DNA of 48,023 nucleotides from Vitrella brassicaformis CCMP3155 (lineage: Eukaryota; Protista; Chromerida): positions 1 to 48,023 of the forward strand of contig CDMY01000580.1 in NCBI GenBank assembly GCA_001179505.1. Reading direction: 5' to 3'. This document shows positions 36,001 through 46,617 of the stretch, one piece after another. How positions within the stretch are numbered: the stretch's first letter is position 1; every line of letters begins with the position of its first letter. A program made the position numbers and the translations under genes. A model generated the notes under the pieces. It worked only from the letters and a program-made list of their open reading frames with translations, was not told where the DNA came from and did not search any database.

Positions 36001-39000
36001 CTTGGGTGGCGGCGCCACTCCGTCATCGACGATAGCTGCGCAGATCATCCTGGCGCTGGTGACGTTTCTGCAGACCTTTTTCATGGCCTTCTTCGCGTGG
36101 GCCTTCCTCAGAACCAATATCACACCGCTCAGGTAGGTTAGCTACCTGGTCTGGTATCCTGTCAGCCCTTTCCCCCCTACACACACACACACAACCCTCT
36201 CTCTCTCTCTGTGTGGGTCTCAGGGAGTGGCGCTCGCTGGGCGGTCGGCTGTGCCACAAGATGGAGATGACTGAGGAAGGCTTCTTGAAGATCCAGGACC
36301 TCAAGCTCTGGGAGAAGAGACAATTCGCAAAGGCCATCGCCAACGCCGTCGTGCAGGTACCCTCACCCTCTCCCTCTCCCTCTCCCTCTCCCTCTCCCTC
36401 CCCCTCATATGCGCGTCTCTTTGTTGCCGTGACGTATGGGTGTCTGTGTTGATGCAGTTGGTGGGCCATCCGAAGATAGTGTGGTTCGACCCTGCCGACC
36501 TCCGGGACACCTTAAAGAGCGCCTTCCGCCGCCACCAGGAGTTTCCCCACGAGAGGCACGCCACAGGGCTGGGCAAACTGCTCGACAGGGTGCTCAACGC
36601 CAGAAACGAACGCTACGAGAGGTGGGTGCTCCTCGGCTCGGCACACACACGTGCCACACGCGTCGATATATGGCGTCGTGTGTGGTGTGCATCTCTCTCC
36701 CTCTGTGTGTGGTGTGTGTGGTGTGTTTGTGTGTTCAGCCGTCTCCGTTTTGTGGAGCAAGTTCGCAAGAAGTTTTCTTCCGCGAGTTTGCCGACGAGCA
36801 GCGCGTCCTCTTGGGGCGGCTGCTGGGGCTCCTGCGCCACTCGGTGGCGGCTGTGTTGGCAGGGGGCACTCAAATGCATCACCTGCAAGACCTATGGCAA
36901 GGACCGAGCCGGCAGCAACGGTGAGGGAGGGAGGGCGAGAGGGATACCATGGCTGGCCGCACTGTGTGGTCTGTGTGGTTGTTGCCAGCAGATTCCCCCC
37001 ACCACTTGACGAACAGCCAGACCCTCAAGAGCCTCTACAAGTCCTACGTGTCGGGCCGCTCCGACACCTCCCTGCCGCAGGACCTCGCCGTGCAAATCGA
37101 GACCGACCCCGAGGACGACCCACACAGGCCAATCCTCAGACACCTCTTCATGTGTGACCGGTGCGTCTGCAGGCCTCTGCCTCCGCCCTCCCTCGCAGCA
37201 CACCTGCCTTTGCACCCTCGTGTGTGTGTGTGTGTTTGTGTGTGTGCAGATGTCGGACGATCCGCCGAGGAATCAGCTTTGTGTGCAGCATGCCCGACTG
37301 CGGCTACCGTGTGTGCCGCACCTGCATGCCCACCCTGTGGAGCGACTGGACCGACAAACGCACCGACAGCAACGACACTGTGGGAGGGGACTTCCCGCGG
37401 GAGCTCGACGGCCGCGAGCCACACGTCCACATCACGCAGAACCACCACCCCACCATGTACGTCTGTCTGTGTCCAGTGCGGCGCGGTGCGGTGGGGTGCG
37501 TTCAATTTAAGCTGATTGGTGTCTGTCTGTGCATGTGCCACAGGTTGGTGTTGGAGCGTCAGTCTGAGCTTGGCATGACTGTCGAGGAGCTGCAGAGACG
37601 ACTGTGGGAGGTCCCAACCAGAAAGAAAAAACTCAAGGTGGGTAGGGGACGTCCCACCGACCCATCCACCTATGCATGGCTCTCTCCCTGTGAGGGTGTT
37701 TCTGACGTGCAGAACCAGCAGGAGGCCGAGCCTCGTTTCCGTCGGATCAGCCGCACCCGCACAGCTGACCTGACCGAGGCCGGGCTGAGGTACCAGTACA
37801 CTGTCACGCCTTTGCCCCCGCCCATCCCCCGCGAAGAGCGGCATCAGCAGCAAGCCACCAGCACCAACCTCAAGCACAAGACCACCAAACTCACCACCCA
37901 CAGAGCGGCGTCCATCCGGCACAAGCCGACACGTCAGGCCAGCGACGAGACGGTGGACCACCATTCCACCGCCCACAACGGTCACGCCGCGGGGGGGCCG
38001 CCGACGATAACCATCTCCCAGGTCAACAACGCCATCAGCAACATCACCAATAACAATAATGACAGCACCAACGGCAACAACCTATATGTGGCGAGCCTGA
38101 CGCGCCCGGCCAACAACCACCAGCCCAACAGTCAGGTCAACATCTTCTCTCACCCCAACATGTTCTCCCAGCCGCTGACCACCAAGGCCGGCCGCCCGGT
38201 GCCCGTGCCAGCCTCCATCTGGCGGGAACAGCTGCGTGACCTTGATGAAACCATCCGGCAGGGCCTCCCTTTGTCACAACCCCCTCCCATGTCGCTGGAC
38301 TTGACCGCCGCCCCTCGCGGCAACGTCAACTCGCTCAAGAACCTCCTGGCCCCGCCGATGCGCGAGAGGCCCGACAGACTCATGGCCCGCAGAACCGAGA
38401 GGTGGGAGAGGGAGAGGGAGAGGGAGGTGCCCTCCCCCCGGCCCCTTCAGCTGGCCCTTGCAAGTGGCCCCACACCTGCACCGTCTTTGCTGCCCGGTGG
38501 TGGTGAGGAGCCTTCGTCTTCTATCGACCCTCGGATGGCCGACATGTTTGCGCAGATCCAGATCCAGCACCACAGCCACGTCTCCCGGGACAGCGTCGAC
38601 AGCCGCCGGTCGTCGCACCGCTCGACGCACAGGACGTCCAGCAAGGGCCCCGGGGAGAACTCCAACCTCTCCCAGCCGTCGTCCATTCCCTCACGGCCGC
38701 CGTCCCCCTCGGCCAGCAGCCGGGGCGGCCCCCCGAGTGACATTGACAACGACACGACCGACAGGGACATCAAGTCGACGCCCGAGCCGTCGATCCCCAC
38801 CTCGTCGATGGTCATGGCCGGCCAGCTCCGGCCACACACCGGCGGCAAGTACAAGGTGCGCGCCGACGTCAGGAGGGAGCGGGAGGCCCTGCCGCCGGCC
38901 TTCCGCTTCACAGCCGAGGGGCCGCTTGGCGGGACGCCGTCAGCACCGCCGGCGCCCATCCCCCCACACATCCCCTCTGGCACCATCGGCCCGCCTGCCA

Positions 39001-39736
39001 CCAGCAGTGAGGGGCTGCCTACGCCCGACCCGCACGAGCGTCCGTCGGCCCCCGCCCACCGGCAGCACCGAAGGCAACCGCACTCCGGGAGGAGGAACCG
39101 TGGCTATGTGCTGGACATTCAGGAGGCCTATGCCCTGCGCATGGGGGCGGTGGAAGACGTCCACGGTGGCCCAGCTGAGGGTGGCGACGGTGGGGATGGC
39201 GCTGACGACATGAATATGGCGGATGTGATGGAGAGAGGTGTGGGTGTGGGTGAGGGTGAGGGCGGTGGGGCGTCCTCGGCAGACGGCGGTCTTGGGCTGG
39301 GTGCGGGTGTGATGGCTGCGCACCACATGGCGACCCCCGAGCTCATAATGCGCCATTCCCAGCAGCGAGGTGAAAGGGGATAGCTGAGCTGAGAGGCAAC
39401 ACCATGCAATGCACACCACCAGACAGTGAGTGGGCCTGCCTACCCAACAGCATTTAGTCGACAGACACACAGAGAGACACTACACCCACTTGACGACTGC
39501 ACTCAACTCTCGCCGTGACGCACCTGTCATCTCTCTCTCCGCTCTCCCTCTCTCTGTCTGTCTGTTGTGTGTGTGCAGGAGGTATATGGTGCATGCCGTG
39601 TGTGCATTGGCAGGAGATGATGCGCCAGGCCGCCCTGCGACAAGCCGATGACGGCCAGGACAGCGACGAGGAGTCCCAGTGGCTCAAGTCAGTCCCCGTC
39701 TGCGAGGCCTGCATGCGCTCCCGCGCAATGTCTTGA
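30002..39736 (+). CDS. Receptor/channel-like protein: signal peptide, OpuAC/ProX-like periplasmic-binding domain, ephrin-receptor-like/GCC2-3 Cys repeats, Flc/Pkd2 TRP-like multi-TM domain, Cys-rich zinc fingers and a long disordered tail; about 28 exons
   Basis: About 27 GT-AG junctions checked by hand keep one frame to the stop at 39736. Motifs: EWLSHHIASSL..GCYQVDVEVWP..GQVSYRGTRGLFFP; EWVDAHPTLVRSWLP; CPPGTY repeats; CAEHYRGNLCSSC; KIFLNYLHLVS; RFGFMINGY..WECVQLLRK; QPY..NRLEQWSL. Alternative start at 29906. Confidence 0.8.
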
Positions 39737-41174
39737 TTGATTGACCTAACACCACCAGCCAGCCACCCTCCGTGTGTGGGACATGTGTGTGTGTGCATGT
39801 CTGTCTGAGTGTGTGTGGGCTTTATAAAGGAGCGGGTGGTAGAGGGCGGGGGGTAAAATGGATAAGTGGCGGGCGGCGCGTTGTGTTGTGTCCACTGATC
39901 TGTGCTGCGGTGGGGGGCGATTGGGAGATTGGGTGGAAAGTTGGTGTTTTGACGCTGATGCCTTACTGGGTGGCACCTTGTCTTGATCTCTATGTGGTAT
40001 GGTGTTCTGTCTGTCTGTCTGTCTGTTGGCGTGAGTGATGCAGCCCTTTTTTGAATGCATGCAGGAGCGCATCCGTCTATCTATATGTGTGTGTGTCTGT
40101 GCGCGCGTCATGGCTTGTGGGGGGATGGTGTGCGTACCTTTCCATCGCAGCGATGGACGGATGGACGTCTGTGCAATCTATTCGCTTTTTGCGACCGACA
40201 CAGACAGAGAGAGACAGAGAGAGAGATCCGGTTGTCTTTTTGCTTGCGTGCTGCTCGTCTGTCTGTCTATCTGTTTCTTCGGCAGGCAGGGCTTCTTGAT
40301 TGTTCTGTTGGTTCCTTTATCCATCTCCCTGTCTGGCGGCCGTGCCGTGCCGCTCGATTTAACCTTGTCCTTGATCGGTGTGGTGCCTGTCCGGCCGCTG
40401 TGTGTGCTGGATTGGATCAGCCTGGCTGGCTGGCTGGCTGGCTGGGTGTGTGCACACCGAATGTCTGTCAGCGAATGAGTTGAGTGGGACAGATAGACAG
40501 ACAGACAGACCAATGGCTGGAAGCTCGAGGGAGGAGGGGGGAGAGGGGAGTGTCGTGGGTGGTGCGGTTGGTGCATTGACCGCATCCTCCATGTGTGTAT
40601 GTGCTTTTTTCCGCAGACTGACTTGGTGTGCTGGTGGGTGGGTGGACGGTGGATGACTGTGTGAGAGTGTGAGTGTGCGTGTGTGCGTGGACCCAAGTGA
40701 ACCGCGCTTCTGGGCAGCTGCACTGTGCTATGCTATGCTGCTGCGTGTCGGTGTCTGTCTGATGTGGTGTGTGGATGTCTGGAGGGAACTGCGTGTGTGT
40801 GTGTGTGGGGTGGGCTTCTCTTCTGTCTCTGGCTGGCTGGCTGGCTGGCTGGCTGAGGGCGTTTGGTCATGTCATAGTAGGTGGGTGCGCACACACGGAC
40901 ACTGCCATGATTGATGACATACACACACATCCGCAATGGACACACACATGCGTGTGCTGCCCTCCCCTCCCTCCATCCTTCCCGTGCGTGGCTAACTAAG
41001 TACTTAAGCGAACAACTACTTGCCTGCCTGTAAGCCTGCCTCTCCATCTAGCTGCCTGTGTGTCGGTGTCTGTGTGTGTGTGTTTGCGGTGGGGCGAACA
41101 CAGTGACCGAATCAGTGACGTCAATGACAGTCCGTCATTATCGTGCACACACACTGGATGGCGTACTCACACAC

Positions 41175-41634
41175 ACAAACCAAGCAATGAACGTCCATTG
41201 GTCATCCCCTCTGGTACCCTCGTTCGTCAGTCACCGGCCCTCCCCTTCTCTCCATCAGTGTGGCAATTTCAAGCCGCCCCGCCTCGCGCGCAACATCCGC
41301 GGCCGTCCGCCCCTGATTGCACAAACACATCCATCCATCCATCCATCCAAACCAGAGAGCAGCAAAACACACACGTCCGCTCCCGCACTCACGTGTGCGT
41401 CTTTGAGGCCGACGAAGTCTTTGTCAGCACGACACACGTGCTGTAGCAGCACGGCCACCACCTCCTTGTGGCCCCTGGCCGCGGCCACATGGGAGGGCCG
41501 TCTGCCCCTCCCGCACAGTGCTCTTGTGCAGCAGGGTGGCAGTGGCCTCGTCCAGCAGCAGGAGGCTCACCACAGCGGCGTGGCCGGCGTGGGCAGCCAG
41601 ATGCAGCGCTGAAAGGCCCTCCTGGTTTTTGTCG

Positions 41635-41666
<32 letters not shown>

Positions 41667-43935
41667 AGACACATCGTGTCTCTTTCTCTCTGTGTGTCTC
41701 TCCCCTTTGTGTGTGAGTGTGTTACGTCTGTGGTGCTTTCAAGGAGGTGGGGAATGGTGTGTTTGACGATGGTGTCGACCATCGCAGCGTCGCCCTTGTA
41801 ACACGCCTCATGGAAGGGCAGCCACCACCTCTGATTTCACACAGATTTGTATTGTGCATCCTTCTCTCTCTCTCTGTGTGTCTGTGTGGGTGTGGATGCG
41901 ACCTTAGTTTTGGTCTGCAGGAGGCGAATGTCGTTGAGGTCGATGAGCGAAGCCATGAGGGCGACACTGCCGCTCTCCGCCGCACAGTGACCGCACGTAC
42001 GCCCATACTGCAGGCACACACACACACACACACACACACAGAAACACACAGAAACACAAGGGCAGCAGATGGCTGTCTCCCTACGTGTATGTGTTTGTGC
42101 AGGGCGATTGGCTGACCGCATCCATGAGCTGGAAGGCCTCCCTGCCGACGCACTGCAGCAGGTCGGCGACGCACTTTGTGTGGCCGCGCAGACACGCCAG
42201 GTGCAGAGGGGTCACCTGGCGAGACTGCACACACACATACACACACAGGGACACCCATTAAGCTGATGGATGGATGGATGAATGGATGGATGTGTGTGCG
42301 CGTCTTTCGCCTGTGTCACTTGCCTGTGGCTCGGTCTGCTTCCTGGCGAGGTGTGCAGGGTCGGGGCTGACCTGCAGGATGATCCTCACTGTATTGCGGT
42401 GGCCGTTGGCCGCCGCAAAGTGCAGCGCCGTGAAGCCCTCGGCATCGGCACATTCGAGGATGTCCACACCGTTCTGCTCGACGAGGGTGTACACCTCCTC
42501 GAAGTCGCCCTTGGCTGCTGCACGACACAAACTCTGTGTTGTGTGGACGGACGTCAACACACAGAGGGAGAGAGAGAGAGACACAGAGAGTACAGAATAG
42601 AATGAGACCCAGCTGCTGCCTTTCTGCGTACTTTGAAGGCTTCCTGCCGCTTCAGCTGCTCTGCACAAGAGCCGAGAGCATACAAATAGTAGGAGAGGTC
42701 AAGCAGGCTTTTTCTCCTGCCTTCCTGTGTACCTTCAAAGGAGACACCATTGACCTGAGGCGAGACGAACGTCCACATCTGCTCGTCGCCCCCATGAGCT
42801 GCTCTCCTCTGTGCTGCTGGCAGTCCATCCGGCTGCGGGGCGTGCTCACCCAGCCCCACACACCACCCTCTCTCCCCTGATTCACCAGCATCATCGGCTC
42901 AGCGAACGTCACATTGGTCGCCCGCCGATCGGTGCTGCTGCTGGCCTTCTTGTTCGCCTTGGTCGGCTGGCAGCAGGGCGCACACATTGAGGACCAGTCA
43001 CAGAGGCTGACGGTCACACTAGAGCTGTCGATGAGCGAGGAGTGGCGAAGACGCCAGTGCTGATACGCTGCCAAAGGGCGAGACACCGGGGCGAGGGACA
43101 GAGAACACGCTGGGCTGCCGTTTTCCTCGCACTCATCGTGTGCCACCAGGGTCAGAGTGTAGTCGGGGTACCCACACGGAACCAACGGAAGACCTCCTCG
43201 CCAAACTTCAGCTGATGGTCGCACACCTTCCGCCACTGCTGCCGGCTCTTCCCATCCTCCGGCGGCTCCATGACCAAGCCAGTCGCCCCCCCGGCCGCCG
43301 TCACGTCTTGACAGGCGAGGACGCGGCCGTCGACGGCGCTTTGGATGAGGAAGGGCATCTCTGCAGCGAAGGGATGGTTGATGTCGTATTCCAGCACGTC
43401 TGACGATTTGAACGGGGTGGGCTCCTTGACAACTGAGATGCCCTCGGGGTAGTGCAGCACCTCAATCGGCTCGGCAATGACCCCGTGGCTGCCTGCAGTA
43501 CATGAAGGGAGGAATGGCGGGAAGCACCTGATCGAATGAAGGGAGAAGTGCGTCTTTTGCTCACTGTTCTCAATGACGATGGACAGCAGGGCTTCTGGAG
43601 TTGGACTCGTCACCTCCTCTCCCTGCCCGGGGAGCAGCTTGACCCACCCGTCTCTCTCAAACTACGTACCCATGTCACACAAAGCCACAGCAGAGAGACG
43701 GCGTCCACCATGCAATGGTGTGATGGATGCCTACCTGAGAGTAGTCCATCCGCAGTCCCACCGCCCCTTTGTCATCCTGAATGGCTTCTCTCTTATTGTA
43801 CGCCAGGCGGCCTTCATCAAAGCTGGCGTGGGCCTCCGTCGCCGCATCTTCCGTCGCCTCGGTCAGCCGGGCATAGCATATGCAGCCCGAGGCGTTTTCT
43901 ATCGATAGGCTGTGGTGAGCGTTCCGACGACGCAT
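41175..43935 (-). CDS. Ricin-B-like (QxW) domain + ankyrin-repeat protein; apparent frameshift at 41491-41493 and possibly ~43175
   Basis: Ankyrin motifs GFTALHFAAANGH, VTPLHLACLRGH, YGRTCGHCAAESG, LPFHEACYKG, GLSALHLAAHAGH, GRTAADVA. Upstream QxW motifs SRQQWR, AYQHWR, DEQMWTF. Start and end are approximate. Confidence 0.75.
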
Positions 43936-44044
43936 CTTGCAGGCGGCAGCAGCAGGAGCAAGCGGAACCCTCAGATCGGATAACGAAATTTGCGCGCCAT
44001 ATATCACCGCTAAGCCCGCATTCATCCCCTGCCAGAGAGGTGAA
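43936..44044. promoter_or_regulatory. Short putative bidirectional promoter between the ankyrin gene and the TraB-like gene
   Basis: About 110 bp between the inferred divergent ATGs; lacks microsatellites; contains gaaatttgcgcgccat. Confidence 0.35.
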
Positions 44045-46117
44045 ATGCAGTCGGCAACGCGTCGCGCCATCTCAGTAGGTCGAAGTGGCAGCTGTGCAGC
44101 CGTCACGAGGCCAGATCTGCCGCCTCCCTTCCGCGTACAGGCGCATCTCGTTCGCCACAGCACGTCCCCAGCCGACAGCGCAGCTGACAAGGCAGCGCCA
44201 GGGTCATCCGAAGGCGGATCTGTCGGATGTGGCGGATCGGATCCGTCCGCAGCGTTATTGCCACGTGTTGATCCATGGATGCTCAAGGCGTCGCGGTACC
44301 TGGAGAGGGTGTCGGGGATGTCCTTCCCTCGAGAGCTCATGGAGTTCCACTACTCATGGGTGAGCGAGTCAGCGAGTCAGTGAGTGGATGAGTGGAAAAG
44401 ACGGAAGCGATGGAAGAGCTTATTTGCGTGTGTGCGCAGGTTAAGCTGCAGCGTACCCCGACCGAGTTGGACAAGGAGAGGGGGGACATGATCAGCCCTG
44501 CCAGGCAGGCAGGCATGGTGCTGGTTCTGCGCGAGGCAGAGACCTACCCGCCACGGTCAATCCATCTCGTAGGTGTCCCGCCGGGCATGGAACGGAGGTC
44601 AGGCCGACCAGCCACACACACAGACAGACAGACAGACAGACACTCCTGTTCATCCGTCATTCCATCAGTAGCGAGCTGGTTCGTGAGGTGATTGGCGAGG
44701 TGCGGCCTGGTGCCGTGATGGTGGCGTGTGACGAGTCGAGATCGCATATGCTCAACCCCAATAGGACCATTACACAGGTGAGCTCGAGTGCCATCAACAC
44801 ATGAGAGGATTGGCCAATCTTTGACAATGTTTGTGCAGCGTGCCTCTGCGTCCCTCAAAGACCGCGTCAACTCGTTCAGGGTGACGATAAATCGATGGCT
44901 GCATGGCGCATACACTGATGTCTGTGCTGTCCTGTCCTGTGCTGTCCTGTGCTGTGCTGTCCTGTGCTGTGCTGTGCTGTGGTTGTGTGGTTGTTGAATT
45001 TGCAGCGGCAGTTTCGCAGGGAGAGCACCTTGGAAGACGTCAAAGACAACCAAACATGGATGGACGCCAGGGGTACGCTACGCGGGGGCAGCCAGGCCAC
45101 ACACCTTACACACCTTACACACCATCTGCCATCTTTCTGAGCTGATGTGCAGGTCTGCATGTGGGTCAGGAGATGGTGGATGCCGTGTCGTCCGCCAAGG
45201 AGTGCGGGGCCACCATTCTGCTCGGCGACCAGCCACTTGAACAAACAGCAAAGTACTTAGGCGGGCGGGCGGGAGGGCGGGAAGGACACCTTGTCGATCG
45301 CTGGTTGGCTCTTGTCTTGTCTCGTCTCGTCTCGTTTTGTCCGCCAGGCGTTTGTTGGAGGCCGAGCAGGACATGGGCAGGTATCGGCTGCTCAAGTGGG
45401 TCAACTACATGGTGCACTACAACACTGACGTACGTACGCAGGGAGGGACGCACTCGTTGCACCGCACCCCGGCCCACGCCACACAGGGGAGACAGACAGA
45501 CAGACAGACAGGGGGGATGTGTGTCTGGGATGCGTGTGTTGCGTTCGTTGTTCAGACGACATTCAGACAGTACTTCAAAGAGCAGGATGACGACAGAAAG
45601 ACGCTGTACAGCGACAGCACACACACATCAGTCGCTTCCTGCCCTTGTCTGCCCTTCACGGCTGTATGTGCTGTGCTGTGCTGTGATGTGGTGCAGCTTG
45701 TGTCTGGAGGTGGTGGACACCCTCAGCCAAATGATGAGAAGCCAAGCCAGACCGGTAAGTCCGCTGCACCCAGAGAGAACCAGTGTCCCTCTTCTCTTCT
45801 CTCGTGTGTCATGCGCTTGTATCGGCGCATGAGTGAGTGCAGCTGTTTGATGCCCTGGTGAGCGAGAGGGGCGTGCACATGGCAGACGTCATCCGACAGT
45901 CAACCGAGACCAAGTCAGTCAGTCAGTCAGTACTCGCAAGGCACACCGATGAAGCACCAACACCCATTATCCATCCCTTCTCTTGACCACTGCCTTTCTG
46001 TTTTCATCAATCAGGGTGGTTGCGGCGATGGATTTGCTGCACGTGTCGGGTGTGGCGGCCAGCCTGGGCACGAGATACGACAAGACCTCTTGCACACTCG
46101 TCCGCTTGCGTCTTTGA
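44045..46117 (+). CDS. TraB/PrgY/GumN (TRABD-like) family protein with degenerate motifs and a possible mitochondrial presequence
   Basis: IHLVGVP..SSELVREVIGEVRPGAVMVACDESR; GQEMVDAVSSAKECGATILLGDQPLEQT; LFDALVSERGVHMA; VVAAMDLLHVSGV. The N-terminus MQSATRRAISVGRSGS is R/S/A-rich. In-frame alternative ATG at 44279. Confidence 0.75.
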
Positions 46118-46617
46118 CTGACTGGCGTGACCTGACCCCTGGATGTGTGTCAAAGTGGCTCGCGTCGTGAGAGAAAGATGCTGCCTGTTGTGTAGATGGG
46201 ATGGATGGATGGACGGATGGATGACCAAACGGACGGTCAGCAGTTCAGATGTGGGATATTTGTGGATGACTTGAAGGTGGGCATGAAAGTCCTGAGTCCG
46301 TCCGGACGCTCCAGGGCCAGTATGCGAGTCTCACCGAGTAAGCAAGCAAATCTGAGCGGGTTGCATCAGATTTATCACACACACACACAGACAGGCAGAC
46401 ACAGAGGTAGGTAAGGCAGTCAGTCCCGCCCCCACCTCCCCCCCCTCCCCTCCCGCCAACTAAGGGCATGGCATGCATTTGTTCAGCACAACAAATGGAA
46501 AAGCAACACACCCTCACCCCCAGGGTACCCCTTCCCCCCTCCCTCCCTGTAGATCATATAGAGATAGAGAGACAGACAGACAGACGATGCACAGCACACG
46601 CCAGATCTCCGTTCGTG

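Noticed and set aside
39740-41170. Many C/V-rich ORFs in the track
   Set aside because: These are translations of GT/CA and GGCT microsatellites in convergent 3'/intergenic DNA.
21117-43935. Glycan-themed cluster (PAN adhesin, UXS, ricin-like gene)
   Set aside because: The genes are interspersed with unrelated housekeeping genes; no evidence of functional clustering.
43936-44340. Long minus-strand ORF from 44340 as the start of the ankyrin gene
   Set aside because: It overlaps the first exon of the TraB-like gene in antisense; a start near 43935 is more parsimonious.
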